A stretch of DNA of 64,000 nucleotides from an uncultured Gemmatimonadales bacterium (GTDB taxonomy: Bacteria; Gemmatimonadota; Gemmatimonadetes; Gemmatimonadales; Gemmatimonadaceae): NCBI GenBank assembly GCA_963793305.1, contig CAWBZV010000005.1, forward strand, positions 1,088,001 to 1,152,000. Direction: 5' to 3'. Of this stretch, positions 10,080 to 20,046 are shown in pieces. Position 1 is the first letter of the stretch. Each line of letters starts with the position of its first letter. Both the position numbers and the translations under genes were made by a program. The notes under the pieces are model-generated. The model was given only the letters and a program-made list of their open reading frames with translations, made no database searches and was not told the origin of the DNA.

Positions 10080-11324
10080 GTGACCGACGCTATCGCGGTC
10101 GCCCATCTGACCAAAGAGTACGTGCTCGGCGGTGCATCGGTGAACCGCGACTACCGAACGATGCGCGACGCGCTCAGTGGGTGGATGTCGACCGCGTTCA
10201 CGAAACGCGGCAAGCCGCGCCGGTTCCGCGCGCTCGACGAGGTGTCGTTTACCGTGCCCCAAGGCGCCACCGTCGGCATCATCGGACGCAATGGAGCGGG
10301 GAAGAGCACCCTGCTCAAAGCGTTGAGCCGCATCACCGAGCCGACGTCCGGCACCATTACGATCCACGGCCGGGTGTCGAGCCTCCTCGAGGTCGGCACC
10401 GGTTTTCATCCGGAGCTGACGGGGCGCGAGAATATCTTTCTCAATGGATCGTTGCTCGGGATGCGCCGGACCGAGATCGTCGCCCGATTCGACGAGATCG
10501 TCGCCTTCTCCGAAATCGACGAGTTCCTCGACACGCCGGTCAAACGCTACTCCTCGGGGATGTACGTCCGCCTGGCGTTCGCGGTCGCGGCGCATCTGGA
10601 ACCGGAGATCCTGATTGTCGATGAGGTCCTCGCGGTCGGTGACGTCGCGTTCCAAAAAAAATGCCTCGGCAAGATGGAGGATATCGGACACAGTGGACGT
10701 ACCGTCCTGTTCGTGAGCCACAACATGGCCGCGATCACACGCCTGTGCCCACGGGTCTTGCTCCTGCGCCAAGGCAAGGTGGTCGGCGACGGCAAGGCCC
10801 TCAATGTCGTGAAGCAGTACTTGAGCGAGGGGTCGAGCGGACACGGGCTGGTCACCGAGCTGCTGAACGAGACCCGTCGCGGCGGCAACTACGGCACCGT
10901 TGCCCGCCTGGCGTCGCTCGAGCTCCGGCCATCGGCGACCGCGCCCGAGTTTCGATTCGGCGAAGACTTCCGGCTCCGCATCAGATTCCGCTCGATCGTG
11001 CCCGTGCTGCACGCCGCCGTGGGCATCGGCATTGACGACATGTACAGCAGCCGGCTCATGACGTTCAATAGCGATGAGTCGGGCGTGACGGTCCACACCG
11101 AGCGTGGTGGCGATTATACCATCGACCTGTGCGTCCCACGCCCCTGCCTCAACCCCGGCCGGTATTCGCTGTCGTGCGCTGTCCTGTCCGGCGGGCAGAT
11201 CCTCGATTTCGTGGCCAACGCCACCGCCTTCGATGTCCTGCCCCTCGACGACGCGTCGGGCGCGCACATCGAGCCGACCGAGGGCGCCGGCCCGATCCGG
11301 CTGCCGTGCTCGTGGACCGTCTGA
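10080..11324 (+). CDS. wzt: ABC polysaccharide exporter ATPase (Wzt) with C-terminal Wzt_C-like carbohydrate-binding domain
   Basis: GRNGAGKSTLLK, YSSGM, ILIVDEVLAVGD and VSH motifs, plus a ~160-aa beta-rich tail (L.PGRYSL). Confidence 0.92.
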   Translation: MTDAIAVAHLTKEYVLGGASVNRDYRTMRDALSGWMSTAFTKRGKPRRFRALDEVSFTVPQGATVGIIGRNGAGKSTLLKALSRITEPTSGTITIHGRVSSLLEVGTGFHPELTGRENIFLNGSLLGMRRTEIVARFDEIVAFSEIDEFLDTPVKRYSSGMYVRLAFAVAAHLEPEILIVDEVLAVGDVAFQKKCLGKMEDIGHSGRTVLFVSHNMAAITRLCPRVLLLRQGKVVGDGKALNVVKQYLSEGSSGHGLVTELLNETRRGGNYGTVARLASLELRPSATAPEFRFGEDFRLRIRFRSIVPVLHAAVGIGIDDMYSSRLMTFNSDESGVTVHTERGGDYTIDLCVPRPCLNPGRYSLSCAVLSGGQILDFVANATAFDVLPLDDASGAHIEPTEGAGPIRLPCSWTV

Positions 11325-12402
11325 TGCCCGACGTCGCCTTCGTCATCGAACACCCGTACATCGACGCGCTGGCGTGTTTCCGCGAGCCGATCAAGGCGCT
11401 GGCCGCGCTCGGCTACGGTGTCAACGTCTACCTGCGCTTCACGACCTGGCACCCGGTGCCGACGTTCACCAGCCGCAACATTCGATTCATTCCGATCGAA
11501 CGTCACGCACTCGGGCACGGCCACGCTCGTCACGCAGCTGATCTCGCGCTTCCCGGGCTACGCCGTGATCTTCACGGTGCCCCAATGGTCGCTCCACTGG
11601 ACCTCCATCGCGTCGCGCATCACGCGCACGCCGATCGCCTACATCTCCGACGAGATTCGGACGCACGAGACGCGGCAAAAGGCCCGCGAGCGCCGCGAGC
11701 ATAAACACTGTGCGTTCACGGTGGCGTTGTCCCAAGAGCGGGCCGACTACATCCGCGAACTCAATCGGCTTCCCGCCGACCATCCCATTTACATCGTACC
11801 CAACGCATCCCCGGGTCCTTCGGTTCGAGTGACGAGCCACTACTACCAGGACCAATTTGGCATAGCGCCGGAGCGCCTCGTGCTCCTGCACGCGGGCTCC
11901 ATGGGGTGGAGCCCGGTGGCGGGCCTGGCCAAAGCGGCGGCGGACTGGGGACCCAACCAACCAGCGCTGGTATTCCAGGGCCGGTTGCCGACGGAGATGG
12001 CGTCACTCGAGTCGCGGGGGTCCGTCTGGTTCGCGCAGACCAGTCTCCCGGCCGACCTGCTCAACTACGCGACCTCCTCGGCGCATATCGGGCTCGCCCT
12101 CTACGATGACCAGAAGGCGAACGATCGCCTCATGGGTGTCGCCTCCGGCAAGCTGTGTCTCTACATGCGGAACGCGCTCCCGGTAATCACGACACGGCTC
12201 GACTGCTTCGAGTGGGTGGAACGCGAACGGTGCGGACTCCGCGTGGCCTCGGTCGACGAGATCCCCGACGCGGCCCGCGCGATAGAGCGCGACTACGACG
12301 CGTACGTGTGCAACGTCCGCCGGTACTACGCGGACCATTCTCGACTTCACGCGGACGTTTCCGCCGGTCGCCGCGGCGGTGGACCGGTTGGCCAACCGCT
12401 GA
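11324..12402 (+). CDS. GT-B fold glycosyltransferase, two frameshifts (~11499, ~12340)
   Basis: IYIVPNA, LLHAGS, AHIGLALY and ASGKLCLYM..LPVI motifs. TGATG coupling at both ends once the frames are repaired. Confidence 0.7.
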
Positions 12403-13325
12403 TGCCCCCCTCCTCCTGCGCGATCCTCGTGCTCAACTGGAACGGGGTCGAGCACCTCCGCGTGCTCATCCCCTCACTCCGTACGGCGGTCGCCACGCTT
12501 GGCGCACCGGTCCCGATCGTCGTCGTCGACAATCGCAGCACCCAGTCCGACGTCGAGTGGCTGCGCCGCGAGTGCCCGGACGTCGAAGCGGTCGTGGCCG
12601 AGCGCAACGACTTTTTGTTCTCGCTCAATCCCGTGGTTGCCGGGCGGTCCGAGGAGGCCATCGTTATCTTGAACAACGACATGCGGGTCGACGCCGACTT
12701 CCTCGCGCCGCTGCTCGCGCACTTCGACGACCCTGGCGTGTTCGCCGCGACAGCCCGCGTCCTGGACTGGGATGGGACCCGCCAGACGACGGGTCAGCGC
12801 CGCATGGCGATTCGGAACTGCTGGTACTACCAGTGGTGGGATCTCGACGTCCGTCGGCCCGTGTATACGCTGGATGCCGGCGGCGGTTGCGCGGCGTTTC
12901 GGCGAACCTTCTTCGTCGAGTTGGGCGGCTTCGATCCGCTGTATCGGCCGGGATATTTCGAGGATGTCGATTTATCCTATCGCGCATGGATGCGCGGTTG
13001 GCGAACCGTCTTTGAGCCTCGCAGCGTGATCTACCACCGCGAGGGCGCGACCCTGCAAGACCGCTCGCGTGAGGCGCGGTTTCGCACGTTGCTCGCCCGC
13101 AACCAAGCGCTATTCATGCTCAAGAACGTGGGCGGTTGGATCTTTGTGCTTGGGTTCCTGGCGCTGGTTCCGTTGCGGCTGTTGCGATCCGACCCGTATA
13201 CGATCCGGGGCCTACTGCAAGCGGCGCCGCGCGCAGCGCGTGCGCTATTTCAACGGCTCGGCCGCAGGCCGCCGGTGATGACGCCCACACAAATCGCGGT
13301 CGCCGCGGGGGCGGCATTGCCATGA
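12402..13325 (+). CDS. GT2 family glycosyltransferase
   Basis: ILVLNWNG, VVVDNRS, ILNNDM and GGFDPLY.PGYFEDVDLSYRA motifs. Confidence 0.9.
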   Translation: MPPSSCAILVLNWNGVEHLRVLIPSLRTAVATLGAPVPIVVVDNRSTQSDVEWLRRECPDVEAVVAERNDFLFSLNPVVAGRSEEAIVILNNDMRVDADFLAPLLAHFDDPGVFAATARVLDWDGTRQTTGQRRMAIRNCWYYQWWDLDVRRPVYTLDAGGGCAAFRRTFFVELGGFDPLYRPGYFEDVDLSYRAWMRGWRTVFEPRSVIYHREGATLQDRSREARFRTLLARNQALFMLKNVGGWIFVLGFLALVPLRLLRSDPYTIRGLLQAAPRAARALFQRLGRRPPVMTPTQIAVAAGAALP

Positions 13326-14314
13326 CCGATCGCCCGATCACCGGACGCCGGATCCTGATCACCGGAGGAACGGGTTCCTTCGGCAATCGCGTCGCGTCCC
13401 ACTTGGTCAAATTCAACCCGCAGCGCATCGTCATCTACAGCCGCGATGAAAAGAAGCAGTGGGAGATGGCCCAGCGCTGGCCCGACTTCGACTTCATCAT
13501 TGGCGATGTCCGCGACCCTACGCGGCTCGCCGAAGCGATGCGTGGTATAGACGTCGTCTTCCATGCGGCGGCCCTCAAGCAGGTGCCCTCGTGCGAGACG
13601 TACCCGTTCGAAGCGGTCCTGACGAACACGGTCGGCTCGCAGTTCGTGTGCGAAGCCGCCCTGGCGGCGGGCGTCGAGACCCTGGTCGCGCTCTCCACCG
13701 ACAAGGCCGTCAAGCCGGTGAACGCGATGGGGACGTCCAAGGCCATGATGGAAAAACTGGTCTGTTCGAAAAACCGCGTGAAGCTCGACACCGTGTTCTG
13801 CTGCGTCCGCTACGGCAACGTGATGGGCAGCCGTGGTTCGGTCATTCCGCTGTTTCGGAAACAGATCGAGGCCGGCGGCCCGGTGACGGTCACGGTGCCG
13901 CAGATGACGCGCTTCATGATGACGCTCGACGAGTCAGTCGATCTCGTCGTGCACGCGATGACGCACGCCGAGGGCGGCGAGATTTTCGTGCGGAAGGCGC
14001 CCGCTGCCGCCGTCGGCGACCTCGCCACGGCGATGATCGCGAAGTATGGCAATGGCGCCAAGGTGCAAATCAAAGTCATGGGCATCCGGCCGGGCGAGAA
14101 GCTGGACGAGGTCCTCGTCAACGAGTACGAGATGCAGCGCACCGCCGAGGCCAAAGAGTACTACACGATCTACCCCGAGTACCGGCCGCTCAACATCGTA
14201 CCCAACGTCCCGCTCGGGACCGAGTACACGTCCGCCAACACGCGTCGCCTGACCAACGTCGCGGAGATTGGTGCGCTGCTCGATCGCATGGGCCTCGTCG
14301 AATATTACGTCTGA
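13322..14314 (+). CDS. UDP-GlcNAc 4,6-dehydratase/epimerase (FnlA/WbjB/CapE-like)
   Basis: TGGTGSFG, SRDEKKQ, FHAAALKQVPSCE, STDKAV, VRYGNVMGSRGSV and GIRPGEK motifs. Confidence 0.88.
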   Translation: MTDRPITGRRILITGGTGSFGNRVASHLVKFNPQRIVIYSRDEKKQWEMAQRWPDFDFIIGDVRDPTRLAEAMRGIDVVFHAAALKQVPSCETYPFEAVLTNTVGSQFVCEAALAAGVETLVALSTDKAVKPVNAMGTSKAMMEKLVCSKNRVKLDTVFCCVRYGNVMGSRGSVIPLFRKQIEAGGPVTVTVPQMTRFMMTLDESVDLVVHAMTHAEGGEIFVRKAPAAAVGDLATAMIAKYGNGAKVQIKVMGIRPGEKLDEVLVNEYEMQRTAEAKEYYTIYPEYRPLNIVPNVPLGTEYTSANTRRLTNVAEIGALLDRMGLVEYYV

Positions 14315-15111
14315 TGCGGGTGTTCGTTCTGGGCCATCGAGGGATGCTGGGTCATGTCGTGGCGCGCGCGGTCGCCGAGCGAGGCCACGAGGTCGTGACA
14401 TCGAACGAACGGTACGGCGGTGCGCCGCGGGATCCGTTGATCGAAGCGGTTCGGAGCTCCGGCTGCTCGGCGGTCTTGAACTGCCTCGGCTCCACCAAAC
14501 GCCGCGAGCAGGATCTGCCGGAGCTCTACCGCGCGAACGCCCAACTGCCCGCGCACTTGGCCGCGCGCGTGCGCGCCAACCAGCACATTATTCACGCCAG
14601 CACCGACTGCGTGTTCGACGGCCATCGCGGCAATTATCGCGTGGAGGACGAGCCGACGGCCGACGACCCGTACGGTTTCTCGAAGCGGCTGGGCGAGATG
14701 ATCGCCGGCCGCCCGAATGTCACCGTGCTCCGGGTGTCGATCATTGGCCCCGACTATCGGCCCAATACCCGCGGGTTGCTCGCCTGGTTCTTGTCTTCGC
14801 CCACCCCTGTCGAGGGCTATACGAACTGGCGGTGGAACGGGATCACGACGCTCGAGTGGGCCAATGTCGCGCTCGAGGTGATCGAACGGCGCCACCGCGG
14901 CGAGCCGCTCGCCCCGGTGCTCCAACCGGCGACAATGCCGATCTCGAAGTACGAGCTCTTGGTCAAATTCCGCGATGCGTACCGCACGAGACGCGAGATC
15001 GCGCCCGTCGCCGCGCCGACCGCGATCGACCGCACGCTCGTGCCCACCGAGTCGCGTCCGCCCATCGATGAGCAGTTGATCCGCCTGCGGGAGTGGTACG
15101 CCGAGTGCTGA
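14314..15111 (+). CDS. RmlD-like NDP-4-keto-6-deoxysugar reductase
   Basis: LGHRGMLG, HASTDCVFDG, YGFSK, LRVSIIG and WNGITTLE motifs. Confidence 0.8.
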   Translation: MRVFVLGHRGMLGHVVARAVAERGHEVVTSNERYGGAPRDPLIEAVRSSGCSAVLNCLGSTKRREQDLPELYRANAQLPAHLAARVRANQHIIHASTDCVFDGHRGNYRVEDEPTADDPYGFSKRLGEMIAGRPNVTVLRVSIIGPDYRPNTRGLLAWFLSSPTPVEGYTNWRWNGITTLEWANVALEVIERRHRGEPLAPVLQPATMPISKYELLVKFRDAYRTRREIAPVAAPTAIDRTLVPTESRPPIDEQLIRLREWYAEC

Positions 15112-17498
15112 TTCCTGAGCGTCGTCGGGTCGTCATTCTCACCGAAGACTCGAAGCCGGCGCTGGGCGGGATCGCCGAGTACCTCCACCAGCTGGCCTTC
15201 GCGGTGAGCGCAACCCACGATGTGCTCATCGTGAGCAGCGTCCCCGGCGCGGGCCGCATCGTGGTGCCGCCGCCGAAGCGGGTCGAGTATCGCGAGTGGC
15301 ATTGGCACCGCTCCGATCTCCGGTGGCCGGGCGACAGCTTCATGCCGGCCCGGCGTCTCAACACGGCGATCATTCACGCGACGTCGCGCCAGCGCGTGCG
15401 CCGGAAACTGGCGTCGATCGCCGCCGAGCATCCCGATGCGACGTTCGTCCTCGGCCGGGTGAGCGAGGTCACGCACCCCTGGTGCGAGGCCTGTCGCGAT
15501 CTCGGACTCCCGTATCAAGCGATCGGCTACGGCCTCGAGTTTCTGGAAGCGATTCATGCGCGCGGCGCCGCCCGGCGCCAGGCCAACGTCCTCGGCGCCC
15601 GTCACTGGTTCGTGTGCAGCAATGACACGGGCGCGATCCTCGCCGCAATGGGCGTCGATCGCGAGCGCCAAACGCTGCTCACGCCCGGCGTCGATGCGGC
15701 GAGCGTCGCGGCGCCCGATGAGTCGGCGCGTCGGGCGATGCGCGAGCGGCTGCAGCTGGGCGCGGACCCGTTCCTCTTCACGATGTGCATGCTGCGACCC
15801 CGCAAAGGCGTGGATCTCTCCATCCGCGCCTTCGCCGCGGTCGCGGCCGAATATCCCGCGGTGCGCTACGTGATCGCCGGCGGAGGCCCGGAAGATCCGG
15901 CGCTGCGCCGGCTCGCGCGTGAGACGGGGTTCGGCGACCGCATCGTGTTCGCGGGGCCGGTCGACGACGTCACGCGCAATGCCCTGTTCGCCGAGTGCAC
16001 GGCGTTCGTGATGGCGAATCGCCGACTCCCGCAAGACGTGGAAGGCTTCGGCATCGTGTTCTTGGAAGCGGCGCTCCACGGCAAGCCGGCCATCGGCGGC
16101 CGCAACGGCGGCGTCGTGGATGCGATCGAGGACGGCGTCACGGGATATCTCGCCGACACGGTCGATGGCCCCGACGACATCGCCCGGGCGATGCGCCGGC
16201 TGTTGAGTGATCCCGAGACGTCTCGAATCCTGGGTCAACGGGGAAGGGAACGCGCACTACACGACTTTACCTGGCCTCAGCGCGCCAAGACCTTCACGTC
16301 GACCATCGACGAGCTCGCCCAGCGCGCACGGCCGACCCCATACGGCAACGTGGCGGTGACCGCGGAAGCCCGCGTCCTTACTGGGCGTCTCCGTCTGACG
16401 GCAGCGCATCTCACGGCGCTCGCCGGGCGCCAGCGACTCGGCCACGCGCTCAAACGAGGCGCGCCACCGCCGGATCTCAGTGCGGCGCTCCAGAGCCTGA
16501 GCAGCTGGGTCAACCGGGCGTTTGACGCGGGCGGCGGGGGAGGGGCAGCCGCCTCGTATCACCCGGTTCGAGGCTGGGCGCTGCCGTATCCGGAGATCAC
16601 GGGCTATTTCATACCTACACTCCTGGCGACTGGCCAAGCCGAGCGCGCGTACGGCGCCGGACATTGGCTCGCGTCCACGCGTCTGCCGAGCGGCGCGATC
16701 TGCCGGAAGCAGTGGTTCGAGGGGAACACCACGCCGAGCGTGTTCAATACTGGCCAGGTGATCGACGGCTGGTGCACACTGGCCGAGCGCACCGGTGAGC
16801 CCATCTGGCGCGAAGTCGCGCGCGCGGCCGCGGACTGGCTCCTATCGGTGCAGCAGCGCGACGGCAGTTGGCTGCGTTGGACGTACAACGACCTGGCCCA
16901 AACGTACTACACGCGCGTGGCCGGGCCGCTGGCGAGACTGGCCGTGCTCCTCGGCGAGAGCCGCTATGCCGACGCGGCCCACCGCAACGCGAGCTGGGCG
17001 ATGCGACTGCAGGCGCCGGACGGTTGGGTGCATCGCGCGGGATTTGCCGAGCGCGAAGCGCCGACGACGCACACGATCGGCTACGTCCTGGAAGGGTGGG
17101 TGATGGCCGGTCTCGCGCTGCAGGAGCAGCGATACATCGAGGCGGCCGAGCGCGCGGCCCGTGCGCTGCGCGAGTCGTTCGAGCGCAAAGGGTATCTCGC
17201 GGGGCGGTTCCGCACGGGATGGCGTCCGGCGGCCCGCTGGCGGTGTGTGACCGGCGACGCGCAGGTGGGCGTCGTGTGGTTGGCGCTGAGCCGTGCAACG
17301 GGTGATACGCGCTATCACGATGCCGCTCGTCGTCTCGCGGAGCAGGTTCGAATGACGATCGAGGTGCGCGACGACTGGCCGGAGATTTCCGGCGCTGTCC
17401 CCGGGTCCTGGCCCCGGTGGGGGGACTACGATGCGTACAGCTATCCGACTCACGCCGCGAAGTTCGCGATCGATTTGATCACCGGCCTGGGCCCGTGA
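15105..17498 (+). CDS. GT4 glycosyltransferase fused to a C-terminal alpha/alpha-toroid (QW-repeat / six-hairpin-like) domain
   Basis: N-half: GGIAEY, RKGVD, EGFGIVFLEA..GKP. C-half: YPEITGYFIPTL, VFNTGQV, Q.DGSW-type repeats, HTIGY.LEG and C.TG.AQ. Confidence 0.8.
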   Translation: MLIPERRRVVILTEDSKPALGGIAEYLHQLAFAVSATHDVLIVSSVPGAGRIVVPPPKRVEYREWHWHRSDLRWPGDSFMPARRLNTAIIHATSRQRVRRKLASIAAEHPDATFVLGRVSEVTHPWCEACRDLGLPYQAIGYGLEFLEAIHARGAARRQANVLGARHWFVCSNDTGAILAAMGVDRERQTLLTPGVDAASVAAPDESARRAMRERLQLGADPFLFTMCMLRPRKGVDLSIRAFAAVAAEYPAVRYVIAGGGPEDPALRRLARETGFGDRIVFAGPVDDVTRNALFAECTAFVMANRRLPQDVEGFGIVFLEAALHGKPAIGGRNGGVVDAIEDGVTGYLADTVDGPDDIARAMRRLLSDPETSRILGQRGRERALHDFTWPQRAKTFTSTIDELAQRARPTPYGNVAVTAEARVLTGRLRLTAAHLTALAGRQRLGHALKRGAPPPDLSAALQSLSSWVNRAFDAGGGGGAAASYHPVRGWALPYPEITGYFIPTLLATGQAERAYGAGHWLASTRLPSGAICRKQWFEGNTTPSVFNTGQVIDGWCTLAERTGEPIWREVARAAADWLLSVQQRDGSWLRWTYNDLAQTYYTRVAGPLARLAVLLGESRYADAAHRNASWAMRLQAPDGWVHRAGFAEREAPTTHTIGYVLEGWVMAGLALQEQRYIEAAERAARALRESFERKGYLAGRFRTGWRPAARWRCVTGDAQVGVVWLALSRATGDTRYHDAARRLAEQVRMTIEVRDDWPEISGAVPGSWPRWGDYDAYSYPTHAAKFAIDLITGLGP

Positions 17499-18811
17499 CG
17501 GTCCGCGCGCTGCTGCTCGCGTTCGAGTTCCCGCCGCTCTCGACTGGCGGAGTCCACCGCGCCCTGGGGCTCGCCGAGCACTTGGGCGCGTTTGGCATCG
17601 ACCTCGCGGTGGTCACCGTCCGCTCCGAGGATTACGCCGCTTGGTCTTCGGCTCGCCCCGACCCCGCGCTCGCCTCGCGCATTCCCCCGAGTGTCCCCGT
17701 CTACCGGACGCCGAGCGGATTTCCCGACTGGTACTGGCGCCTCGGCCAATCGCGCCTCGGCTTTCGGGCGCTCCAGTACGCGTATCGGGGCGACCCCGTA
17801 TCGTCATTCTGGTCTGAGCCGGTCCGCCGTGCCGTGGGCGAGCATCGCCCGGACGTTCTTCTCGCGACGATGCCCCCATTCGGCGTGGCTGTCATTGCCC
17901 GGCAGATCGCCAAGCAATACCGACTCCCATGGGTGGCGGACTGGCGCGATCCGTGGACGTATTGGTGCGCCGCTCCATTTCCAACCTACGCGCACTATCT
18001 CTACGCCCGTCAAGCCGAAGGCGCGGTGCTGCGCGAGGCGAACGTATCCGTTGCCACCTCGCACGTCACGCGCGAGGATTGGCTGCGATTCTTCCCAGGG
18101 GTCGATCCATCGCGACTCGTCACCATCTATAACGGCTACGACGATCTCGATCACATCGAGACGGCCGAGAGCAAATCGATCGTTTACGCGGGCAGCTGGT
18201 ACTACGATCCGCAGTCGCGCTCGACGATGCTGCAACCGCCTTGGCGTCGCTCTCCCCAACGCTGGCTGTTCTACTCGCCGCGCCGCGAAGACTGGCTCTA
18301 TCGCTCGCCATATTTCTTCCTGCGCGGCCTCGCGCGGTACCGCGGGCCGGTCAGCGTCGAGTTCGCGGGCACGATCCCCGGATGGCTCCCGGCGATGCTG
18401 CGCGAGACAGGCACGGAAAAGATGGTGCACCTCCGCGGACCAATATCGCACGAGGACGCCATGCGCCTCCAAAGAGGGGCCGGTGCCCTATTGCTGACGT
18501 CAGCCAAGGTCGTGGGAGGCCGAGACTACAGCGTCGCGGGTAAGACGTTCGAATACTTCGGCCTCCGCCGACCTATTCTTGGCGTCCTCACCGATGGCGC
18601 CATGCGCGACCTCGTCGACGAGTCCGGCCTCGGCATCATAGCCGACCCGGATGACGAGAACGCCGTTATCGCCGCAATCGACCGGATAGCTACCGGCCAC
18701 GCTTCGGTGTCGCCCCGCCCGGACGTGCTCGCGCGGTATACCCGCCGCGAAGTCGCGCGCCAGATGGCCGAGAGCCTCCGTCGCGCCGCAGCCGAGGGCT
18801 ACCGCGGATGA
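17495..18811 (+). CDS. GT4-like glycosyltransferase
   Basis: AFEFPP..GGV.R, ATMPPF, PWVADWRDPW, IYNGYD and GKTFEY...RPIL motifs. Confidence 0.85.
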   Translation: MTVRALLLAFEFPPLSTGGVHRALGLAEHLGAFGIDLAVVTVRSEDYAAWSSARPDPALASRIPPSVPVYRTPSGFPDWYWRLGQSRLGFRALQYAYRGDPVSSFWSEPVRRAVGEHRPDVLLATMPPFGVAVIARQIAKQYRLPWVADWRDPWTYWCAAPFPTYAHYLYARQAEGAVLREANVSVATSHVTREDWLRFFPGVDPSRLVTIYNGYDDLDHIETAESKSIVYAGSWYYDPQSRSTMLQPPWRRSPQRWLFYSPRREDWLYRSPYFFLRGLARYRGPVSVEFAGTIPGWLPAMLRETGTEKMVHLRGPISHEDAMRLQRGAGALLLTSAKVVGGRDYSVAGKTFEYFGLRRPILGVLTDGAMRDLVDESGLGIIADPDDENAVIAAIDRIATGHASVSPRPDVLARYTRREVARQMAESLRRAAAEGYRG

Positions 18812-20046
18812 CGCGCCGCGTCCTGGTGGTCTCGCCATTCTTCCCGCCGTCCGGCCTTCCGCCGTCTCATCGGGCGCGGTTGTTCGTGCGCCATCTGCGC
18901 TCATATGGCTGGGAGCCGATCGTCCTGACGGTCGATCCGCGCGACCGCGAGGAGGCACAGGAGCCCGCACTGGTCTCTCTCGTCCCTCCAGACCTCCACA
19001 TCGAATCGGTGCGCGCTTTTCGTCGACACGTGGGTGTGGGAGACCTGGGACTGCGAGCACTTCCGACGTTGCTCGCGAAGGCGGTGAGTATCGTGCGCGC
19101 GAAGCGCGCCAATGTGATCCTGCTCATCGTGCCGCCATGGTACGCGCTCTGGCTGGTGAGGCCACTGCGGTGGCTCACAGGTCGCCCGATCGTAATCGAC
19201 TATGTCGACCCATGGCGGATCGAGCCCACCGGCACGCTCAAAAGTCGTCTCGCCGCCCGCGTGGCGGCGTGGAGCGAGGGCTGGTGCCTCGTCGGCGTAT
19301 CGGGCCTCTTTGCTGTATCTCAGGCGATCGTAGCCGAGGTCCAACGTCGGTTTCCGGCCGTCGCGCACGTACCGTCAGGCTCGGCGCCGTATGGATTCGA
19401 TGCCGCCGACATGACCCTCGCGGGGAAGCCGACACCAGGTGACGGTACGCTGCGCCGGATAGTCTATGTCGGCGCACTCTCCGACTCACAGCTTCCCGTG
19501 TTCACGTCCTTCCTCGACGCATTGGCGGCGACGCCCTTGCCGATCCGGGTCGAGCTCTACGGCACGACCTACGCCCCAGGCGCCCGCGCGCGCCCCCGCG
19601 TCGCCCATCTCGTCGCAGCCCGTGGACTCTCGTCCCAAGTGATCGAGCGCCCGGAGCGGGTGCCCTACGCCGAGGCGATGGCGCTGGCGGCTGGTGCGGA
19701 CGCGAACCTCGTGGTCGGCGACCTGACGACATACTACGCGGCGTCGAAGCTCATGCCCACGCTCGCCGCACGCCGCCCGCTCGTGGCGCTGCTCCACGCG
19801 GCCACGGAGCCGGCCGCGCTCTTGCGCGGGCTCAATGCCAAAGGCTTAGTATTGTACGGCGATCAGCCGTCACCGACCCCGGCCGACGCGGTACCGTCGA
19901 TTCGCGCGGTGCTGTCCGATCTGGTTGCCGGACGCATTTCTCCTCTCACGATCGATGTGATGACCGATCTCACGCTGCGGCCCCGTACCGCCGCCGGGAT
20001 GACCGGCGCGCTCGCGGATGTGCTGGCGCGAGTGGTTGATCAATGA
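18808..20046 (+). CDS. GT4-like glycosyltransferase
   Basis: SPFFPPS...HRAR, IDYVDPW and YAASKL.P...RRP motifs. Confidence 0.8.
   Translation: MTRRVLVVSPFFPPSGLPPSHRARLFVRHLRSYGWEPIVLTVDPRDREEAQEPALVSLVPPDLHIESVRAFRRHVGVGDLGLRALPTLLAKAVSIVRAKRANVILLIVPPWYALWLVRPLRWLTGRPIVIDYVDPWRIEPTGTLKSRLAARVAAWSEGWCLVGVSGLFAVSQAIVAEVQRRFPAVAHVPSGSAPYGFDAADMTLAGKPTPGDGTLRRIVYVGALSDSQLPVFTSFLDALAATPLPIRVELYGTTYAPGARARPRVAHLVAARGLSSQVIERPERVPYAEAMALAAGADANLVVGDLTTYYAASKLMPTLAARRPLVALLHAATEPAALLRGLNAKGLVLYGDQPSPTPADAVPSIRAVLSDLVAGRISPLTIDVMTDLTLRPRTAAGMTGALADVLARVVDQ

Noticed and set aside
11418..13325. 635-aa GT-B/GT2 fusion in the ORF track
   Set aside because: Artefact of a frameshift at ~12340. The repaired upstream GT ends at TGA 12402, overlapping the GT2 ATG (TGATG).
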